A DNA stretch of 64,000 bases. Source: Escherichia coli (lineage in GTDB: Bacteria; Pseudomonadota; Gammaproteobacteria; Enterobacterales; Enterobacteriaceae). Below, piece by piece: positions 1-12,219 of this stretch. Position 1 is the stretch's first letter, and each line of letters starts with the position of its first letter. The stretch lies in NCBI RefSeq assembly GCF_003334305.1, contig NZ_QOWS01000023.1; one strand, written 5' to 3'. The translations under genes were made by a program, and so were the position numbers. The notes under the pieces are model-generated. The model made no database searches and was not told the origin of the DNA. It saw only the letters and a program-made list of their open reading frames with translations.

Positions 1-606
1 CAGGGTTGCAGATTCCATTTCATAGTTCATTACGCCCATCGCCTGCCACTCTTCCATAGAACCTTTAAAGTGACGAACTACGCGACCAGAGTAAGTATCG
101 TAACGTTCCTGGCCTGGGTAGAAGGTATCAGAAGAAGCTGTCACGCCAACGTGAGTTGTCGCGCCAATGGATTTCGCAGCTTCAACCAGCGCAGTCGTAC
201 ATTCGAAATCAGCGACAGCCGGGAATTCCAGCGGTGCGAAGTGCAGGCTCGCGCCATCCAGACGGACAGACGCCGTGGTAACCAGGACATCACCCACATT
301 AATATGCGGCTGAATAGCGCCCGTTGTACCGATACGCAGGAAGGTGCGAATGCCCAGCTGTGCCAGCTCTTCAACAGCAATAGAGGTAGACGGGCCGCCG
401 ATACCGGTAGAGCAGACGATAACAGGTTTACCATCCAGCTCTGCACGCCAGGTAGTGAATTCGCGGTGAGATGCCAGCTTAACCGGCTTATCCATCAGCG
501 CGGCGATCTTTTCCACACGATCCGGGTCGCCAGGGACGATGGCAAGCGTAGCCCCTTGTAAATCGTTTTTAGTGAGGCCGAGATGAAAAACATCAGACTT
601 GGACAT
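1..606 (-). CDS. udp: uridine phosphorylase, N-terminal ~202 codons (gene continues beyond window start)
   Basis: Reverse-strand translation from ATG at 606-604 reads [53 protein letters not shown]..., recognised as E. coli Udp; ORF runs off the window edge. Confidence 0.9.
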   Translation of the reverse strand, partial: MSKSDVFHLGLTKNDLQGATLAIVPGDPDRVEKIAALMDKPVKLASHREFTTWRAELDGKPVIVCSTGIGGPSTSIAVEELAQLGIRTFLRIGTTGAIQPHINVGDVLVTTASVRLDGASLHFAPLEFPAVADFECTTALVEAAKSIGATTHVGVTASSDTFYPGQERYDTYSGRVVRHFKGSMEEWQAMGVMNYEMESATL

Positions 607-867
607 ATACAACTCCTCTGTGAATCGGTTTAGTCAGAAGAAGCAAAAAGACACTTTACCGAAGGGTTTAACATTTTTTCGTGATACTCATCACCATGGC
701 GCAAATGCGTTGCATAAATTTACCCACCAAAAGTGATTCAAATCACATAAATCACTCTTCATTCTGCAGGACTGCATAAAAGATGAGCCGATTCAGGCAA
801 TGTGATTTGTTGCATGCTGACTATAGTTAACATTGCGCAACATTTTTATAAGGGTACGGAGAATACC

Positions 868-1683
868 ATGGCAACAACACAACAATCTGGATTTACACCT
901 GCTGCATCGCCTCTCGCTTCGACCATCGTTCAGACCCCGGACGACGCGATTGTGGCGGGCTTCACCTCTATCCCTTCACAAGGGGATAACATGCCTGCTT
1001 ACCATGCCAGACCAAAGCAAAGCGATGGCCAACTGCCAGTGGTCATTGTAGTGCAGGAAATTTTTGGCGTGCATGAACATATCCGCGACATTTGTCGCCG
1101 TCTGGCGCTGGAGGGGTATCTGGCTATCGCACCTGAACTTTACTTCCGCGAAGGCGATCCGAATGATTTTGCCGATATCCCCACGTTGCTTAGCGGTCTG
1201 GTAGCAAAAGTGCCTGACTCGCAGGTGCTGGCCGATCTCGATCATGTCGCCAGTTGGGCTTCCCGCAACGGCGGCGATGTTCATCGTTTAATGATCACCG
1301 GATTCTGCTGGGGTGGACGTATCACCTGGCTGTATGCCGCGCATAATCCACAGCTAAAAGCCGCAGTGGCGTGGTACGGCAAACTGACGGGCGATAAGTC
1401 GCTGAATTCACCGAAACAACCTGTTGATATCGCAACCGATCTTAACGCGCCGGTTCTCGGCTTATATGGCGGTCAGGATAACAGCATTCCGCAGGAGAGC
1501 GTTGAAACGATGCGCCAGGCGCTGCGGGCTGCTAATGCGAAAGCAGAGATTATCGTCTACCCGGATGCCGGGCATGCATTCAACGCTGATTATCGCCCGA
1601 GCTATCATGCCGAATCTGCGAAAGATGGCTGGCAGCGTATGCTGGAATGGTTTAAGCAGTATGGTGGGAAGAAGTCGCTGTAA
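868..1683 (+). CDS. ysgA: dienelactone hydrolase family protein (271 aa)
   Basis: ORF track 802-1683; internal ATG at 868 (MATTQQSGF...) gives the 271-aa length I recall for YsgA; position between udp and metE as in K-12. Confidence 0.8.
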   Translation: MATTQQSGFTPAASPLASTIVQTPDDAIVAGFTSIPSQGDNMPAYHARPKQSDGQLPVVIVVQEIFGVHEHIRDICRRLALEGYLAIAPELYFREGDPNDFADIPTLLSGLVAKVPDSQVLADLDHVASWASRNGGDVHRLMITGFCWGGRITWLYAAHNPQLKAAVAWYGKLTGDKSLNSPKQPVDIATDLNAPVLGLYGGQDNSIPQESVETMRQALRAANAKAEIIVYPDAGHAFNADYRPSYHAESAKDGWQRMLEWFKQYGGKKSL

Positions 1684-1692
1684 TGAGAAAAG

Positions 1693-1717
1693 ACCGGGTG
1701 GTATTACCACCCGGTTT
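1693..1717. terminator. bidirectional stem-loop between convergent ysgA and metE
   Basis: accgggtgg/ccacccggt inverted repeat with 5-nt loop, flanked by T-rich sequence on both strands. Confidence 0.5.
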
Positions 1718-1721
1718 GGAT

Positions 1722-3983
1722 TTACCCCAGACGCAAATTCTGCGCCGCCTGCACCATGTTCGCCAGTGCCGCGCGGGTTTCTGGCCAGCCGCGCGTTTTC
1801 AGGCCACAGTCTGGGTTGACCCACAGGCGCTCTGCCGGAATGCGTTTTGCCGCTTTCTTCAGCAGGGCTTCAATCCATTCCACGCTCGGTACGTTTGGCG
1901 AGTGAATGTCATAGACGCCTGGACCGATTTCATTCGGATAATCAAACTCTTCAAACGACTCCAGCAACTCCATGTCGGAACGCGAGGTTTCGATGGTGAT
2001 GACGTCTGCATCCAGCGCCGCAATGGAATCCATGATGTCGTTGAACTCGCAATAACACATGTGAGTGTGGATTTGTGTGTCATCTTTCGCCACGGCGGCG
2101 TTGATACGGAAGGCCTCTACGCCCCACTGGAGATAGGCGTCCCAGTCGCTACGACGCAGTGGTAAACCTTCGCGCAGCGCCGGTTCGTCAATCTGGATGA
2201 TACCAATCCCTGCCGCTTCCAGATCGGCCACCTCATCACGCAGCGCCAGCGCAATCTGTTTGGCGATGGTTTCACGGCTGACATCTTCACGCGGGAACGA
2301 CCAGCAGAGTATGGTCACCGGCCCCGTCAGCATCCCTTTCACCGGTTTGTCGGTCAGCGATTGCGCATACTTCGCCCACTCCACGGTAATCGGTGCCGGG
2401 CGACTAACGTCACCAATAACAATCGGTGGCTTCACGCAGCGGGAACCGTAGCTCTGTACCCAACCGTTTTGCGTAAAGACAAACCCGTCGAGGTGCTCGC
2501 CAAAGTATTCCACCATGTCATTACGCTCGGCCTCGCCATGTACCAGCACATCCAGTCCCAAACGTTCCTGTTCAACAATGGCCTGCCTGATATGTTCCGC
2601 AATGCCCGTGCGGTAGTTATTGGCGTCGAGATTGCCCTTTTTGAAATCCAGACGCAGGGTACGAATTTCCGTGGTTTGCGGGAAAGAACCAATCGTGGTG
2701 GTCGGCCACGCTGGCAGTTTAAAACGCGCACGCTGGGCTTCGGCACGCACTTCATAGACATTCGCACGCTGGCTGTCCTGGGCGGTGATCGCCGCCAGAC
2801 GCTTTTCTACCGCCGGATTATGTACGCGGGTAGAGTGACGACGTGCCTGAATCGGGGCGCTCCACTCTGCCAGAGCTGCCGTGTCACCACTGTTCAGCGC
2901 ATCGCGCAGCAGTGCCAGTTCATGGCATTTTTGTAGGGCGAAGGCAAACCAGCTTTTCACTTCTGCATCAAGACGCGTTTCCACGCTCAGGTCGATGGGG
3001 CTGTGCAGCAACGAGCAGGAAGATGCCACCCACAAATCACGTTTGCCGACAATGTCCTTAATTTGCGCATATTTCTCGGTAAGATCGGCGCGCCAGACGT
3101 TACGACCATTGATCAGACCCGCAGACAGCAACCAGTCAGAAGGCAGGCGCTTGTGCAGTTCAGCAACGTCATCTTTACCATGTACGAGGTCAACATGCAG
3201 ACCCTGAACAGGCAGCGCAGTAATCGTGTCGAGATTTGGCGTTACGCCTTCAAAATAGGTGGTCAGCAGCAGTTTCACCTGTCCCTGGAGCGCGTCGTAA
3301 GCGGGTTTGTATGCGTCCAGCCACGCCTGTGGTAGTTCCAGTACCAGCGCGGGTTCATCAATCTGTACCCACTCGATGCCGCGTTTCGCCAGTTCTGCCA
3401 GCACTTGCTGATAAACCGGCAGAATGTCGTTCAGCAGGCTAAGGCGGTCAAACTGTTCACCTTTCACTTTCCCCAGCCACAGGTAAGTAACCGGCCCCAG
3501 CAGCACAGGCTTAACGTTGTGGCCCAGCGCCAGCGCCTCGTCCACTTCCTCCAGCAGCTGCGTCCAGGTCAGTTTGAACTGTTGGCCTTTAACGAATTCC
3601 GGCACCATGTAGTGATAGTTGGTGTTAAACCATTTGGTCATTTCCGCTGCCGCCGCAGGTTCGCCAGTCGGCGCACGTCCACGACCAATACGGAACAGGG
3701 TGTCGATATCTACCGAACCGTCTTTGTTCTGATGACGTGGCGGAACATTACCCAGCAGCAGACTGGTGGTCAGAACATGATCGTACCAGGCAAAATCGCC
3801 CACCGGCAGCAGGTCGATACCCGCTTGCTTTTGTTGATCCCAGTGACGAGCACGCAGTTCACGCCCTACTGTCAGCAGTTCTTCACGCGTGGAGTTCCCC
3901 GCCCAATAACTTTCTTGCGCTTTTTTCAGCTCGCGACGCAGGCCAACGCGAGGGAAACCGAGGGTGTGATTAAGAATTGTCAT
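1722..3983 (-). CDS. metE: cobalamin-independent methionine synthase (753 aa)
   Basis: 753-aa [33 protein letters not shown]... recognised as MetE. Confidence 0.97.
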   Translation of the reverse strand: MTILNHTLGFPRVGLRRELKKAQESYWAGNSTREELLTVGRELRARHWDQQKQAGIDLLPVGDFAWYDHVLTTSLLLGNVPPRHQNKDGSVDIDTLFRIGRGRAPTGEPAAAAEMTKWFNTNYHYMVPEFVKGQQFKLTWTQLLEEVDEALALGHNVKPVLLGPVTYLWLGKVKGEQFDRLSLLNDILPVYQQVLAELAKRGIEWVQIDEPALVLELPQAWLDAYKPAYDALQGQVKLLLTTYFEGVTPNLDTITALPVQGLHVDLVHGKDDVAELHKRLPSDWLLSAGLINGRNVWRADLTEKYAQIKDIVGKRDLWVASSCSLLHSPIDLSVETRLDAEVKSWFAFALQKCHELALLRDALNSGDTAALAEWSAPIQARRHSTRVHNPAVEKRLAAITAQDSQRANVYEVRAEAQRARFKLPAWPTTTIGSFPQTTEIRTLRLDFKKGNLDANNYRTGIAEHIRQAIVEQERLGLDVLVHGEAERNDMVEYFGEHLDGFVFTQNGWVQSYGSRCVKPPIVIGDVSRPAPITVEWAKYAQSLTDKPVKGMLTGPVTILCWSFPREDVSRETIAKQIALALRDEVADLEAAGIGIIQIDEPALREGLPLRRSDWDAYLQWGVEAFRINAAVAKDDTQIHTHMCYCEFNDIMDSIAALDADVITIETSRSDMELLESFEEFDYPNEIGPGVYDIHSPNVPSVEWIEALLKKAAKRIPAERLWVNPDCGLKTRGWPETRAALANMVQAAQNLRLG

Positions 3984-4100
3984 TATATGCCCCTTATGGA
4001 ATTTTTAGTATTTAGCCGTCCAGATGTTTACACATCCATAATTGGCGGTTACTGTATATTCCTCAAGCGCAAATTATTCATGCCGAAGTGAAGGACTTTC
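3984..4100. promoter_or_regulatory. metE-metR divergent control region (expected MetR and MetJ operator sites)
   Basis: 117-bp divergent intergenic region between metE and metR start codons; site positions not resolved by eye. Confidence 0.45.
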
Positions 4101-5054
4101 ATGATCGAAGTAAAACACCTGAAAACGCTACAAGCGTTGCGGAACTGCGGCTCTCTCGCAGCCGCTGCGGCGACGTTGCATCAGACGCAATCCGCCCTGT
4201 CTCACCAGTTTAGCGATCTGGAACAACGCCTTGGCTTCCGGCTATTTGTGCGTAAGAGCCAGCCGCTACGCTTTACACCGCAGGGAGAAATCCTGTTGCA
4301 ACTGGCAAACCAGGTGCTGCCGCAAATTAGCCAGGCACTGCAAGCCTGCAATGAACCGCAGCAGACGCGTCTGCGCATTGCCATTGAGTGCCATAGCTGT
4401 ATTCAGTGGCTGACGCCCGCGTTAGAAAATTTCCATAAGAACTGGCCGCAGGTAGAGATGGATTTTAAATCGGGCGTGACGTTTGACCCGCAGCCCGCGT
4501 TGCAACAGGGCGAGCTGGATCTGGTGATGACCTCCGATATCCTGCCGCGCAGTGGCCTGCATTATTCGCCGATGTTCGACTATGAAGTGCGTCTGGTGTT
4601 AGCACCTGACCATCCACTGGCGGCGAAAACGCGAATTACACCGGAAGATCTCGCCAGCGAGACGCTGTTGATTTATCCGGTGCAGCGTAGTCGACTGGAT
4701 GTCTGGCGGCATTTTCTTCAGCCGGCAGGCGTCAGCCCGTCACTGAAAAGCGTCGATAACACCTTATTGTTGATTCAGATGGTTGCCGCGCGGATGGGTA
4801 TTGCCGCGCTACCGCATTGGGTAGTAGAGAGTTTTGAGCGCCAGGGTCTGGTGGTGACCAAAACCCTGGGCGAAGGCTTGTGGAGCCGACTGTACGCCGC
4901 CGTGCGCGATGGCGAGCAGCGTCAGCCAGTTACGGAAGCGTTTATTCGCTCAGCGCGCAATCACGCCTGCGATCATCTGCCGTTTGTGAAGAGCGCGGAG
5001 CGACCCACTTACGATGCACCCACAGTGAGGCCAGGATCACCAGCGCGCCTGTAA
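4101..5054 (+). CDS. metR: LysR-family transcriptional activator MetR (317 aa)
   Basis: [48 protein letters not shown]... with LysR-type N-terminal HTH; recognised as MetR. Confidence 0.95.
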
Positions 5055-5841
5055 TAAACGTTGGCCAGTGCGGCTGTTGGTGCCAGATAGCCAGGTTTAC
5101 CAGCAGCCCTGCCGGAACGTGCATATTATTCATAATGCCCAGCGTTCCGGCGTCCACCTGCGTCGCGCCGTAGTTCCACATAAAGTAGCCAATCCCGGAA
5201 GCCACCACGCCAAGAAACACCAGAATGCCCCATTGCAGCGTGGTTTGCGGCATTTTCTGCGCATTTCCCAGCAAGAACCATGCAATTACCGCCACCAGGA
5301 ACGCGCCAAGATAGAACCACGCAAAGGCGTTATGCTGCGGCATCGGGCGAGTTTCCATCAGGCGTTTGTAACCCACCATGCCGATGGCAAAAGTGATATT
5401 GGAGAGTTGCACCAGCAACAAGCCAGTCCAGAAATGGTCGGTGACCTGATCATAGCGAATAATCCCGGCACCAATCACCGCCAACAAGGCACTAAAAGCA
5501 TATCCCCAGCGCAGACGGCGCTTACTCATGATGTCATAAATCAGCGTGATGTAGAGCGGCGTCAGTACGGTGAACAGCAGCAGTTCGGAAACCGTCAGAT
5601 AGAGATAAGCGCGGAAACTCAGCATATACATCACGCCAAGCTGCATCGCGCCCACCAGCATATACAGGCCGACTGTTTTCAGGCTATTGCCACGGGTACG
5701 CAGAAACGGCAGAAAAACGAGTGCCGCCAGGCCAACGCGCACCAGCACCGCAAAATAGCTATCGACGTGCCCCGCAAGGTACTCGCCATAAAAGCTAAAG
5801 GAGAAGGCCCACAGAATCGTGGTGATGATAAGTAGCGCCAC
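4942..5841 (-). CDS. yigM: inner-membrane transporter YigM/BioP family (299 aa)
   Basis: 299-aa polytopic hydrophobic ORF in the K-12 yigM position; 3' end overlaps metR 3' end. Confidence 0.8.
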
Positions 5842-5916
5842 AATGGAAAACTCTTTGATTAACGAGTATCCATTGTAGCGAAGTATCAGGTTGACAACTG
5901 ACCAAATAAAGAACGA

Positions 5917-6717
5917 TTACGATAAATAGAGTTTACGCAGATAATGCGGCACCGCGTCGTCGGCATTAGTACCAATCACTTCCAGCTCGGGATGAAGGTC
6001 TTTCAGACGCTGGTGCGCACTGCCCATAATGCAGCCTTTCCCCGCCATCGACAGCATTTCGGCATCGTTCATCCCGTCACCAAACGCAATACAATCCTTC
6101 AGGCTGTAGCCCAGTTTCTTCGCCACCGCTTCCAGCGCATGGCCTTTCGACACGCCGCCCGCCATCACTTCCAGACAGGTTAAGGTAGAGAAACTGACGT
6201 TGACGCGATCGCCCCAGCGAGCGTTAATCGCCTGCTCCAGCGGCAGCAGTTGTTCATGGGAATCGCAGGTGAAAAACACTTTGCTGACGCCTTCCGGCTC
6301 CAGTAATCCAGGCTCATACAGCGCATATTTGAACACCGCTTCTTTAAAAAAGCGCATCTCTTCCGGGCGATGGCGATTCATAAACCATTCGTCGTCGCGA
6401 TAAACGTTAGTAATGATGTCCGGATTGTCGTTGACTACGCCAAACAGATCGCTGGCAATGTCGCGATCCAGGTTATGAGCAAAAATCAGATTACCATCCA
6501 GATCGTGAACGCGCGCACCATTGGAGGTAATCATGTAAGACTTAATCTCCAGATTATCGCGAATTTGCCCCACATCAACGTGGTGACGACCGGTCGCAAA
6601 CACAAAGTTGATGCCGCGCGCGGTGAGCAGCTTCAGAGTTTCTTTGGCGTAAGGGGATAACGTATGGTCGGGAGAAAGTAACGTGCCATCTAAATCAGAC
6701 GCAACAACCTGGTACAT
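5917..6717 (-). CDS. yigL: HAD-family sugar phosphatase YigL (266 aa)
   Basis: ORF track 5917-6843; internal ATG at 6717 gives MYQVVASDLDGTLL... with the HAD DxDGT motif and the 266-aa length I recall. Confidence 0.85.
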   Translation of the reverse strand: MYQVVASDLDGTLLSPDHTLSPYAKETLKLLTARGINFVFATGRHHVDVGQIRDNLEIKSYMITSNGARVHDLDGNLIFAHNLDRDIASDLFGVVNDNPDIITNVYRDDEWFMNRHRPEEMRFFKEAVFKYALYEPGLLEPEGVSKVFFTCDSHEQLLPLEQAINARWGDRVNVSFSTLTCLEVMAGGVSKGHALEAVAKKLGYSLKDCIAFGDGMNDAEMLSMAGKGCIMGSAHQRLKDLHPELEVIGTNADDAVPHYLRKLYLS

Positions 6718-6724
6718 AAGAAAT

Positions 6725-7747
6725 TTAAACCTCTGTAGAGCGGTTTCCGCTGGGTGAGTTATGCCTGTTGAAAAAATCAACAATGGCGTGGAGCGCGACT
6801 GAGCGCATTGCGTCCTTTTCAAAAAGGATCTCATGGTAAGCACCTTTAATTACCAACGGTCGTCCTCCTTCGACAGGATGGCCCGCGGCGGTGCGGAGTT
6901 CACAAAAACGGTCATGCATGCGGTTATCCACCACGCGTTCCTCTTCAGCTTGTAAGAGAAGCGTTGGCGTGGCGTCATCACCCGCACCGGCTAACACCTG
7001 TTCGCCAGCCAGAATACTTTCGCGTACCCAATGGTAGGTCGGCCCACCGACGCGAATCGTTGGGTCATCAGCATAGAAGCGTAAGTTACGTCGATATCGC
7101 TGTCTGCTGTGGGTCAGTACGTTGATAGCAAACGGCAACGCGCGCCAGCGCCCGGTGCCTATTGCATAGCCATCACGGAAACGTGGATGCGCTTCGGCCC
7201 AGTTGAGGATCTGCCGTGCCATAAATGACGGCATACGAATCACGATCCCAAACATTGGCGCAGTTAGCGCAATGGCGTCACATACACCTGGATGGCGTTG
7301 CAGAAATAATGTGGAGATCGCACCGCCCATCGAATGTGCCAGTATATAGCGTTTACGCCACGGACCGGGCTGAACCTCCTGCTGCCAGAATGCCGCCAGA
7401 TCATCAACATAATCATTAAAGCGATTAACATGCCCGAGATGCGGATCGGCTAACAGGCGACCGGAACGTCCCTGCCCGCGATGGTCGATGATTAAGACAT
7501 CAAACCCCAAATGGAACAGGTCATAGGCCAGTTCCGCATATTTTACGTAGCTCTCAATACGCCCCGGGCAGATGACTACCACCCGGTCATGGTGCTGTGC
7601 GCGAAAACGGACAAAGCGCACCGGAATGTCATCCACACCAGTAAACTCTGCTTCATCACGCTGACGCCAGAAATCAGTCAGCGGTCCCATGGTAAAAGCA
7701 GCAAACGCGTTTTCTCTTGTTTCCCAGTCTTTTTGCTGCTGAAACAT
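6725..7747 (-). CDS. pldB: lysophospholipase L2 (340 aa)
   Basis: 340-aa ORF with alpha/beta hydrolase GHSMGG motif; synteny. Confidence 0.9.
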   Translation of the reverse strand: MFQQQKDWETRENAFAAFTMGPLTDFWRQRDEAEFTGVDDIPVRFVRFRAQHHDRVVVICPGRIESYVKYAELAYDLFHLGFDVLIIDHRGQGRSGRLLADPHLGHVNRFNDYVDDLAAFWQQEVQPGPWRKRYILAHSMGGAISTLFLQRHPGVCDAIALTAPMFGIVIRMPSFMARQILNWAEAHPRFRDGYAIGTGRWRALPFAINVLTHSRQRYRRNLRFYADDPTIRVGGPTYHWVRESILAGEQVLAGAGDDATPTLLLQAEEERVVDNRMHDRFCELRTAAGHPVEGGRPLVIKGAYHEILFEKDAMRSVALHAIVDFFNRHNSPSGNRSTEV

Positions 7748-7857
7748 CGGGTAATCTGCCTCTTAAACCACGTAAAATCGTTTTTTTTAGCGTGCCTGAC
7801 ACAACGCTGCGACAGTAGCGTATTGTGGCACAAAAATAGACACACCGGGAGTTCATC

Positions 7858-8478
7858 ATGACCTTAGAATGGTGGTTTGCCTACCTGCTGACATCGATCA
7901 TTTTAAGCCTGTCGCCAGGCTCTGGTGCAATCAACACTATGACCACCTCGCTCAACCACGGTTATCGCGGCGCGGTGGCGTCTATTGCTGGGCTTCAGAC
8001 CGGACTGGCGATTCATATTGTGCTGGTTGGCGTGGGGTTGGGGACGCTATTTTCCCGCTCAGTGATTGCGTTTGAAGTGTTGAAGTGGGCAGGCGCGGCT
8101 TACTTGATTTGGCTGGGAATCCAGCAGTGGCGCGCCGCTGGTGCAATTGACCTTAAATCGCTGGCCTCTACTCAATCGCGTCGACATTTGTTCCAGCGCG
8201 CAGTTTTTGTGAATCTCACCAATCCCAAAAGTATTGTGTTTCTGGCGGCGCTATTTCCGCAATTCATCATGCCGCAACAGCCGCAACTGATGCAGTATAT
8301 CGTGCTCGGCGTCACCACTATTGTGGTCGATATTATTGTGATGATCGGTTACGCCACCCTTGCTCAACGGATTGCTCTATGGATTAAAGGACCAAAGCAG
8401 ATGAAGGCGCTGAATAAGATTTTCGGCTCGTTGTTTATGCTGGTGGGAGCACTGTTAGCATCGGCGAGGCATGCGTGA
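7858..8478 (+). CDS. rhtB: homoserine/homoserine-lactone efflux protein, LysE family (206 aa)
   Basis: [33 protein letters not shown]... recognised as RhtB. Confidence 0.88.
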
Positions 8479-8486
8479 AAAATAAT

Positions 8487-8516
8487 GTCGGATGCGGCGT
8501 AAACGCCTTATCCGAC
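8487..8516. repeat. REP (repetitive extragenic palindromic) element
   Basis: gtcggatgcggcgtaaacgccttatccgac palindromic unit between convergent rhtB and rhtC. Confidence 0.55.
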
Positions 8517-8539
8517 TTACTCTGAAGACGCGTCTGGCA

Positions 8540-9160
8540 TCACCGCGAAATAATCAAATGAATGCCAAATCCGGCAAATAACGCCCCGGCAAAACCATCA
8601 ATCCACTTCGCCAGACGTTGATAACCACGGCGCATTTGCGGCAGGGCAAACAGGCTGGCAACGACGGTAAACCACGCCAGTGTTTCGACAATGATCAGCG
8701 CAAAAATGCCCCAGCGCGCGGTAGTGCCAACGTTATCACCGACAAACAATGAGAATACCGAACCAAAATAGATAATCGCTTTCGGATTAGCGAGATTGGT
8801 CAGTAAACCTTTCAGGAAACTGCGCCCACTTTTCGCCAGCTCGACCTGTGGCGCAGGTGCAGAAACCGCCTCTTTTTTCAGCGCGCCGCGCAGCATCTGA
8901 TAACCCATCCAGCAGAGATACAGGCCACCGCCAACCATAATCAGCGTATGCAGCCAGGCCATTTTTTCGATAATCAAATGCAGGCCAAGCAACGCAATCC
9001 CTTCCCAAACCATAACGCCGCAGGTAATACCCAGCACGCCCATCATCGCTTCTTTACGGGAACGACTGACAGCGGTCTGAGAGACAAAAAAGAAATCGGG
9101 ACCGGGACTCATAAGCGCCACAATGTGCACCATGGCGACGGTAAGAAATAACATCAACAT
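8540..9160 (-). CDS. rhtC: threonine efflux protein, LysE family (206 aa)
   Basis: ORF MLMLFLTVAMVHIVALMSPGPDFFFVSQTAVSRSRKEAMMGVLG... recognised as RhtC. Confidence 0.88.
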   Translation of the reverse strand: MLMLFLTVAMVHIVALMSPGPDFFFVSQTAVSRSRKEAMMGVLGITCGVMVWEGIALLGLHLIIEKMAWLHTLIMVGGGLYLCWMGYQMLRGALKKEAVSAPAPQVELAKSGRSFLKGLLTNLANPKAIIYFGSVFSLFVGDNVGTTARWGIFALIIVETLAWFTVVASLFALPQMRRGYQRLAKWIDGFAGALFAGFGIHLIISR

Positions 9161-9223
9161 ACATTTGACTCGCGGGGGAAACGTTTACGGAGTCTTCATC
9201 CTGGCACTTTTTTATGCTGCTGA

Positions 9224-11053
9224 CTACTCTTCGTCGTCGCCATCGACATGCGCACGAATCAGCGCCATAAACGGTTTACCAAAGCGTTCCAGCTTGCGCA
9301 TCCCAACGCCGTTAACGCTGAGCATTTCGCTGGCGGTGATCGGCATCTGTTCAGCCATCTCAATCAAGGTTGCGTCGTTAAACACCACGTACGGCGGGAC
9401 ATTACTTTCATCGGCAATCGATTTACGCAGTTTGCGTAATTTGGCGAACAGTTTGCGATCATAGTTGCCGCCGAACGATTTCTGCATCGCTTTCGGTTTG
9501 AGCGCCACGATACGCGGCACGGCAAGTTGCAAAGAGGATTCGCCGCGCAGCACCGGGCGCGCGGCCTCTGTCAGTTGTAGGGCAGAATGCTGGGCAATAT
9601 TTTGCGTCACCAGGCCGAGGTGAATCAGCTGGCGGATCACGCTCACCCAATGTTCATGGCTTTTATCACGGCCCATGCCATAGACTTTCAGTTTGTCATG
9701 ACCATAGTCGCGGATACGCTGGTTATTAGCACCACGAATCACTTCCACCACATAACCCATCCCAAACCGCTGATTCACACGACCAATGGTGGAAAGGGCA
9801 ATCTGAGCATCGGTTGAACCATCGTATTGTTTCGGCGGATCGAGGCAGATATCGCAGTTCCCGCACGGCTCCTGACGCCCTTCGCCAAAATAGTTCAGCA
9901 GTACCAGACGACGGCAAGTTTGCGCTTCGGCAAAAGCGCCCATCGCATTGAGTTTATGACGTTCGATATCCTGCAACTGCCCCTGCGGCTTCTCTTCCAG
10001 ACAACGGCGCAGCCACGCCATATCGGCCGGATCGTAAAACAGCATCGCTTCCGCGGGCAGGCCATCACGCCCGGCGCGACCGGTTTCCTGATAATAGGAT
10101 TCGATATTGCGCGGAATATCAAAGTGGACCACGAAGCGAACGTTTGGTTTATTGATGCCCATGCCGAACGCCACCGTCGCCACCACAATTTGCAGGTCAT
10201 CGCGCTGGAATTTTTCCTGCACATCGGCGCGAACATTATTTTCCAGCCCGGCATGATAGGCCGCCGCGCTAATTCCCTTGCTTTGCAGGCGCGCAGCGGT
10301 GTCTTCTACTTTCGCGCGGCTGTTGCAGTAGATAATGCCTGACTTACCGCGCTGTTCCTGCACGTAGCGCATCAACTGATCGAGCGGTTTGAACTTCTCC
10401 ATCAGCATGTAGCGAATATTCGGACGGTCAAAACTGTTGATTTGAATCAGCGGATCGTTCAGCCCCAGCAGGCGCACGATATCCTGGCGCGTGGTGTCGT
10501 CGGCTGTGGCGGTCAGCGCCATAAACGGCAGCGTCGGGAACCGCTGGCGCAACTGACCGAGCGCGGCATATTCCGGGCGGAAATCGTGGCCCCATTGGGA
10601 GATACAGTGCGCTTCATCAACGGCTAATAACACCGGATTCCAGTGCGCCAGATGCTCAAGAAAGTTATCCAGCATCAGGCGTTCCGGGGCGATATAAAGC
10701 AGACGAATTTGCCCGGTGCGGCAGCCTGTCATCACTTCAAGTTGCTGTTCGCGGGTTTGCGTCGAGTTAAGGCACGCCGCCGCCACGCCGTTGGCTTGCA
10801 GTTGATCCACCTGATCTTTCATCAACGAAATCAGCGGTGAAACAACCACGGTAAGGCCGTTTAGCAATAAGGCAGGAATTTGATAGCAAAGGGATTTTCC
10901 GCCACCGGTGGGCATGACGACCAGGCAATCGCGACCGGAAAGCACAGTGTCGATAATTTCTTCCTGGCCGGGGCGAAACTGTTGGTAGCCAAAGGTTTCT
11001 TGTAAAACCTGTTTAGCTCCGGACTCCAGATTCAACACTTCCGCCTGCGCCAC
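9224..11053 (-). CDS. recQ: ATP-dependent DNA helicase RecQ (609 aa from GTG at 11053; ORF track extends to 11059)
   Basis: ORF with helicase motifs ([14 protein letters not shown]) and C-terminal HRDC region; start chosen to give [15 protein letters not shown]... Confidence 0.93.
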   Translation of the reverse strand: MAQAEVLNLESGAKQVLQETFGYQQFRPGQEEIIDTVLSGRDCLVVMPTGGGKSLCYQIPALLLNGLTVVVSPLISLMKDQVDQLQANGVAAACLNSTQTREQQLEVMTGCRTGQIRLLYIAPERLMLDNFLEHLAHWNPVLLAVDEAHCISQWGHDFRPEYAALGQLRQRFPTLPFMALTATADDTTRQDIVRLLGLNDPLIQINSFDRPNIRYMLMEKFKPLDQLMRYVQEQRGKSGIIYCNSRAKVEDTAARLQSKGISAAAYHAGLENNVRADVQEKFQRDDLQIVVATVAFGMGINKPNVRFVVHFDIPRNIESYYQETGRAGRDGLPAEAMLFYDPADMAWLRRCLEEKPQGQLQDIERHKLNAMGAFAEAQTCRRLVLLNYFGEGRQEPCGNCDICLDPPKQYDGSTDAQIALSTIGRVNQRFGMGYVVEVIRGANNQRIRDYGHDKLKVYGMGRDKSHEHWVSVIRQLIHLGLVTQNIAQHSALQLTEAARPVLRGESSLQLAVPRIVALKPKAMQKSFGGNYDRKLFAKLRKLRKSIADESNVPPYVVFNDATLIEMAEQMPITASEMLSVNGVGMRKLERFGKPFMALIRAHVDGDDEE

Positions 11054-11185
11054 ATTCACCCCGATTGCCTGAAATAAAAACAGGCGCTATTTTCAGCGCC
11101 TGCACGAGAAACTGCAATGCTTTTAGTCTCTGAGAGGGTAATCCTGGATGCTGGATTCCAGATTTGCCAACCACTCAACCGTTCA

Positions 11186-12055
11186 TCAAAACAAATCGTT
11201 TAGCATAACTCCCACACCGACACGGGTCTGGTTGAAGTTATAGTCGATGAGCGATTCGCCATAGCCGCTGTAAACCTGAGTATAAAGGCGCACATGTTTG
11301 GTGATCGGGTAACTTAAGCCTAACTCCGCGCCGCCGTAGCCGGTGTTCCAGTTGTACTGTCCTTTCGCACTGAGCACCGCATCACCGAGGTGATAGCCGA
11401 TTTTAAGCTGGTAGTAACCCATATATTTGGTGATATCCGGGTTATCGTCAGTATTACCCACCACATACCACGGCTTCACTTCTACCAGCCAGTTACCGTT
11501 TTCTGCCATCAGGCGAGTATAAAGGCGGTTCCAGCTGCGGGAGGTCGGGTCTGAACGCCCGTTAGAGTCGTGGTTATACCCCATCTCCACATCGCGCAGC
11601 GTCCAACCTGCAAAACGGTAATCGGTGGCAAAACCGAGGAACAATTGCGGTTCGTAGTTGGTTTCACGAAACGGTGAAGACTCTTCGCTATTGGACAGTT
11701 GCCACCAGGATTTTTGCGTATAAGATGCACCCAACACCGAGTTCGGGCCTAAAATCCCACGCCACAGTGGAAATGCCAGGCTCAACTGAAACTTTACTTC
11801 ATCCTTACGCGCATTTTCCGCCCAGTCGTAACTGGCAATCGCTTCTTTATTCAGATCGCTGGTTTGTGTGTAGATGAGGTAGTTGGTGTCATAAGGATAG
11901 AGCGTGAACGGATTGTCATGCTCCTGCAGCATATTGGCGATAATACTGCCACGCACCGCTGGCGCGTCATGCACCTCTTTCACCGTTGCCTCTTGTGCAT
12001 ATACTGCCATAGGCAACATAAACACCGGCAACAACCAGCCCTGCAGAGTCCGCAT
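11186..12055 (-). CDS. pldA: outer-membrane phospholipase A (289 aa)
   Basis: ORF MRTLQGWLLPVFMLPMAVYAQEATVKEVHDAPAVRGSIIANMLQEHDNPFTLYPYDTNYLIYT... recognised as OMPLA with signal peptide. Confidence 0.95.
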   Translation of the reverse strand: MRTLQGWLLPVFMLPMAVYAQEATVKEVHDAPAVRGSIIANMLQEHDNPFTLYPYDTNYLIYTQTSDLNKEAIASYDWAENARKDEVKFQLSLAFPLWRGILGPNSVLGASYTQKSWWQLSNSEESSPFRETNYEPQLFLGFATDYRFAGWTLRDVEMGYNHDSNGRSDPTSRSWNRLYTRLMAENGNWLVEVKPWYVVGNTDDNPDITKYMGYYQLKIGYHLGDAVLSAKGQYNWNTGYGGAELGLSYPITKHVRLYTQVYSGYGESLIDYNFNQTRVGVGVMLNDLF

Positions 12056-12219
12056 CGGTCGTGTTCTCCGTAACGAATTATTGATAAGGTGAATGTTTTT
12101 CTGCGGGCTATTTTACATACTTAACTCCATTGCCGTTAGTTATCCCTTCCTAAAGTAGAAACCAACAACAAAGAAGCATAAAATCAACATTTCATTAACC
12201 AATGAAGTGTAAGGATGAT

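Noticed and set aside
2361-4091. Several long ORFs (for example 2361-2936 and 3405-4091) on the plus strand
   Set aside because: They lie antisense to metE, a well-recognised gene; their composition mirrors the sense strand, so they are typical shadow ORFs.
5068-5835. 255-aa plus-strand ORF
   Set aside because: Antisense to the yigM membrane-protein gene; His/Gln/Arg-rich translation typical of an antisense frame.
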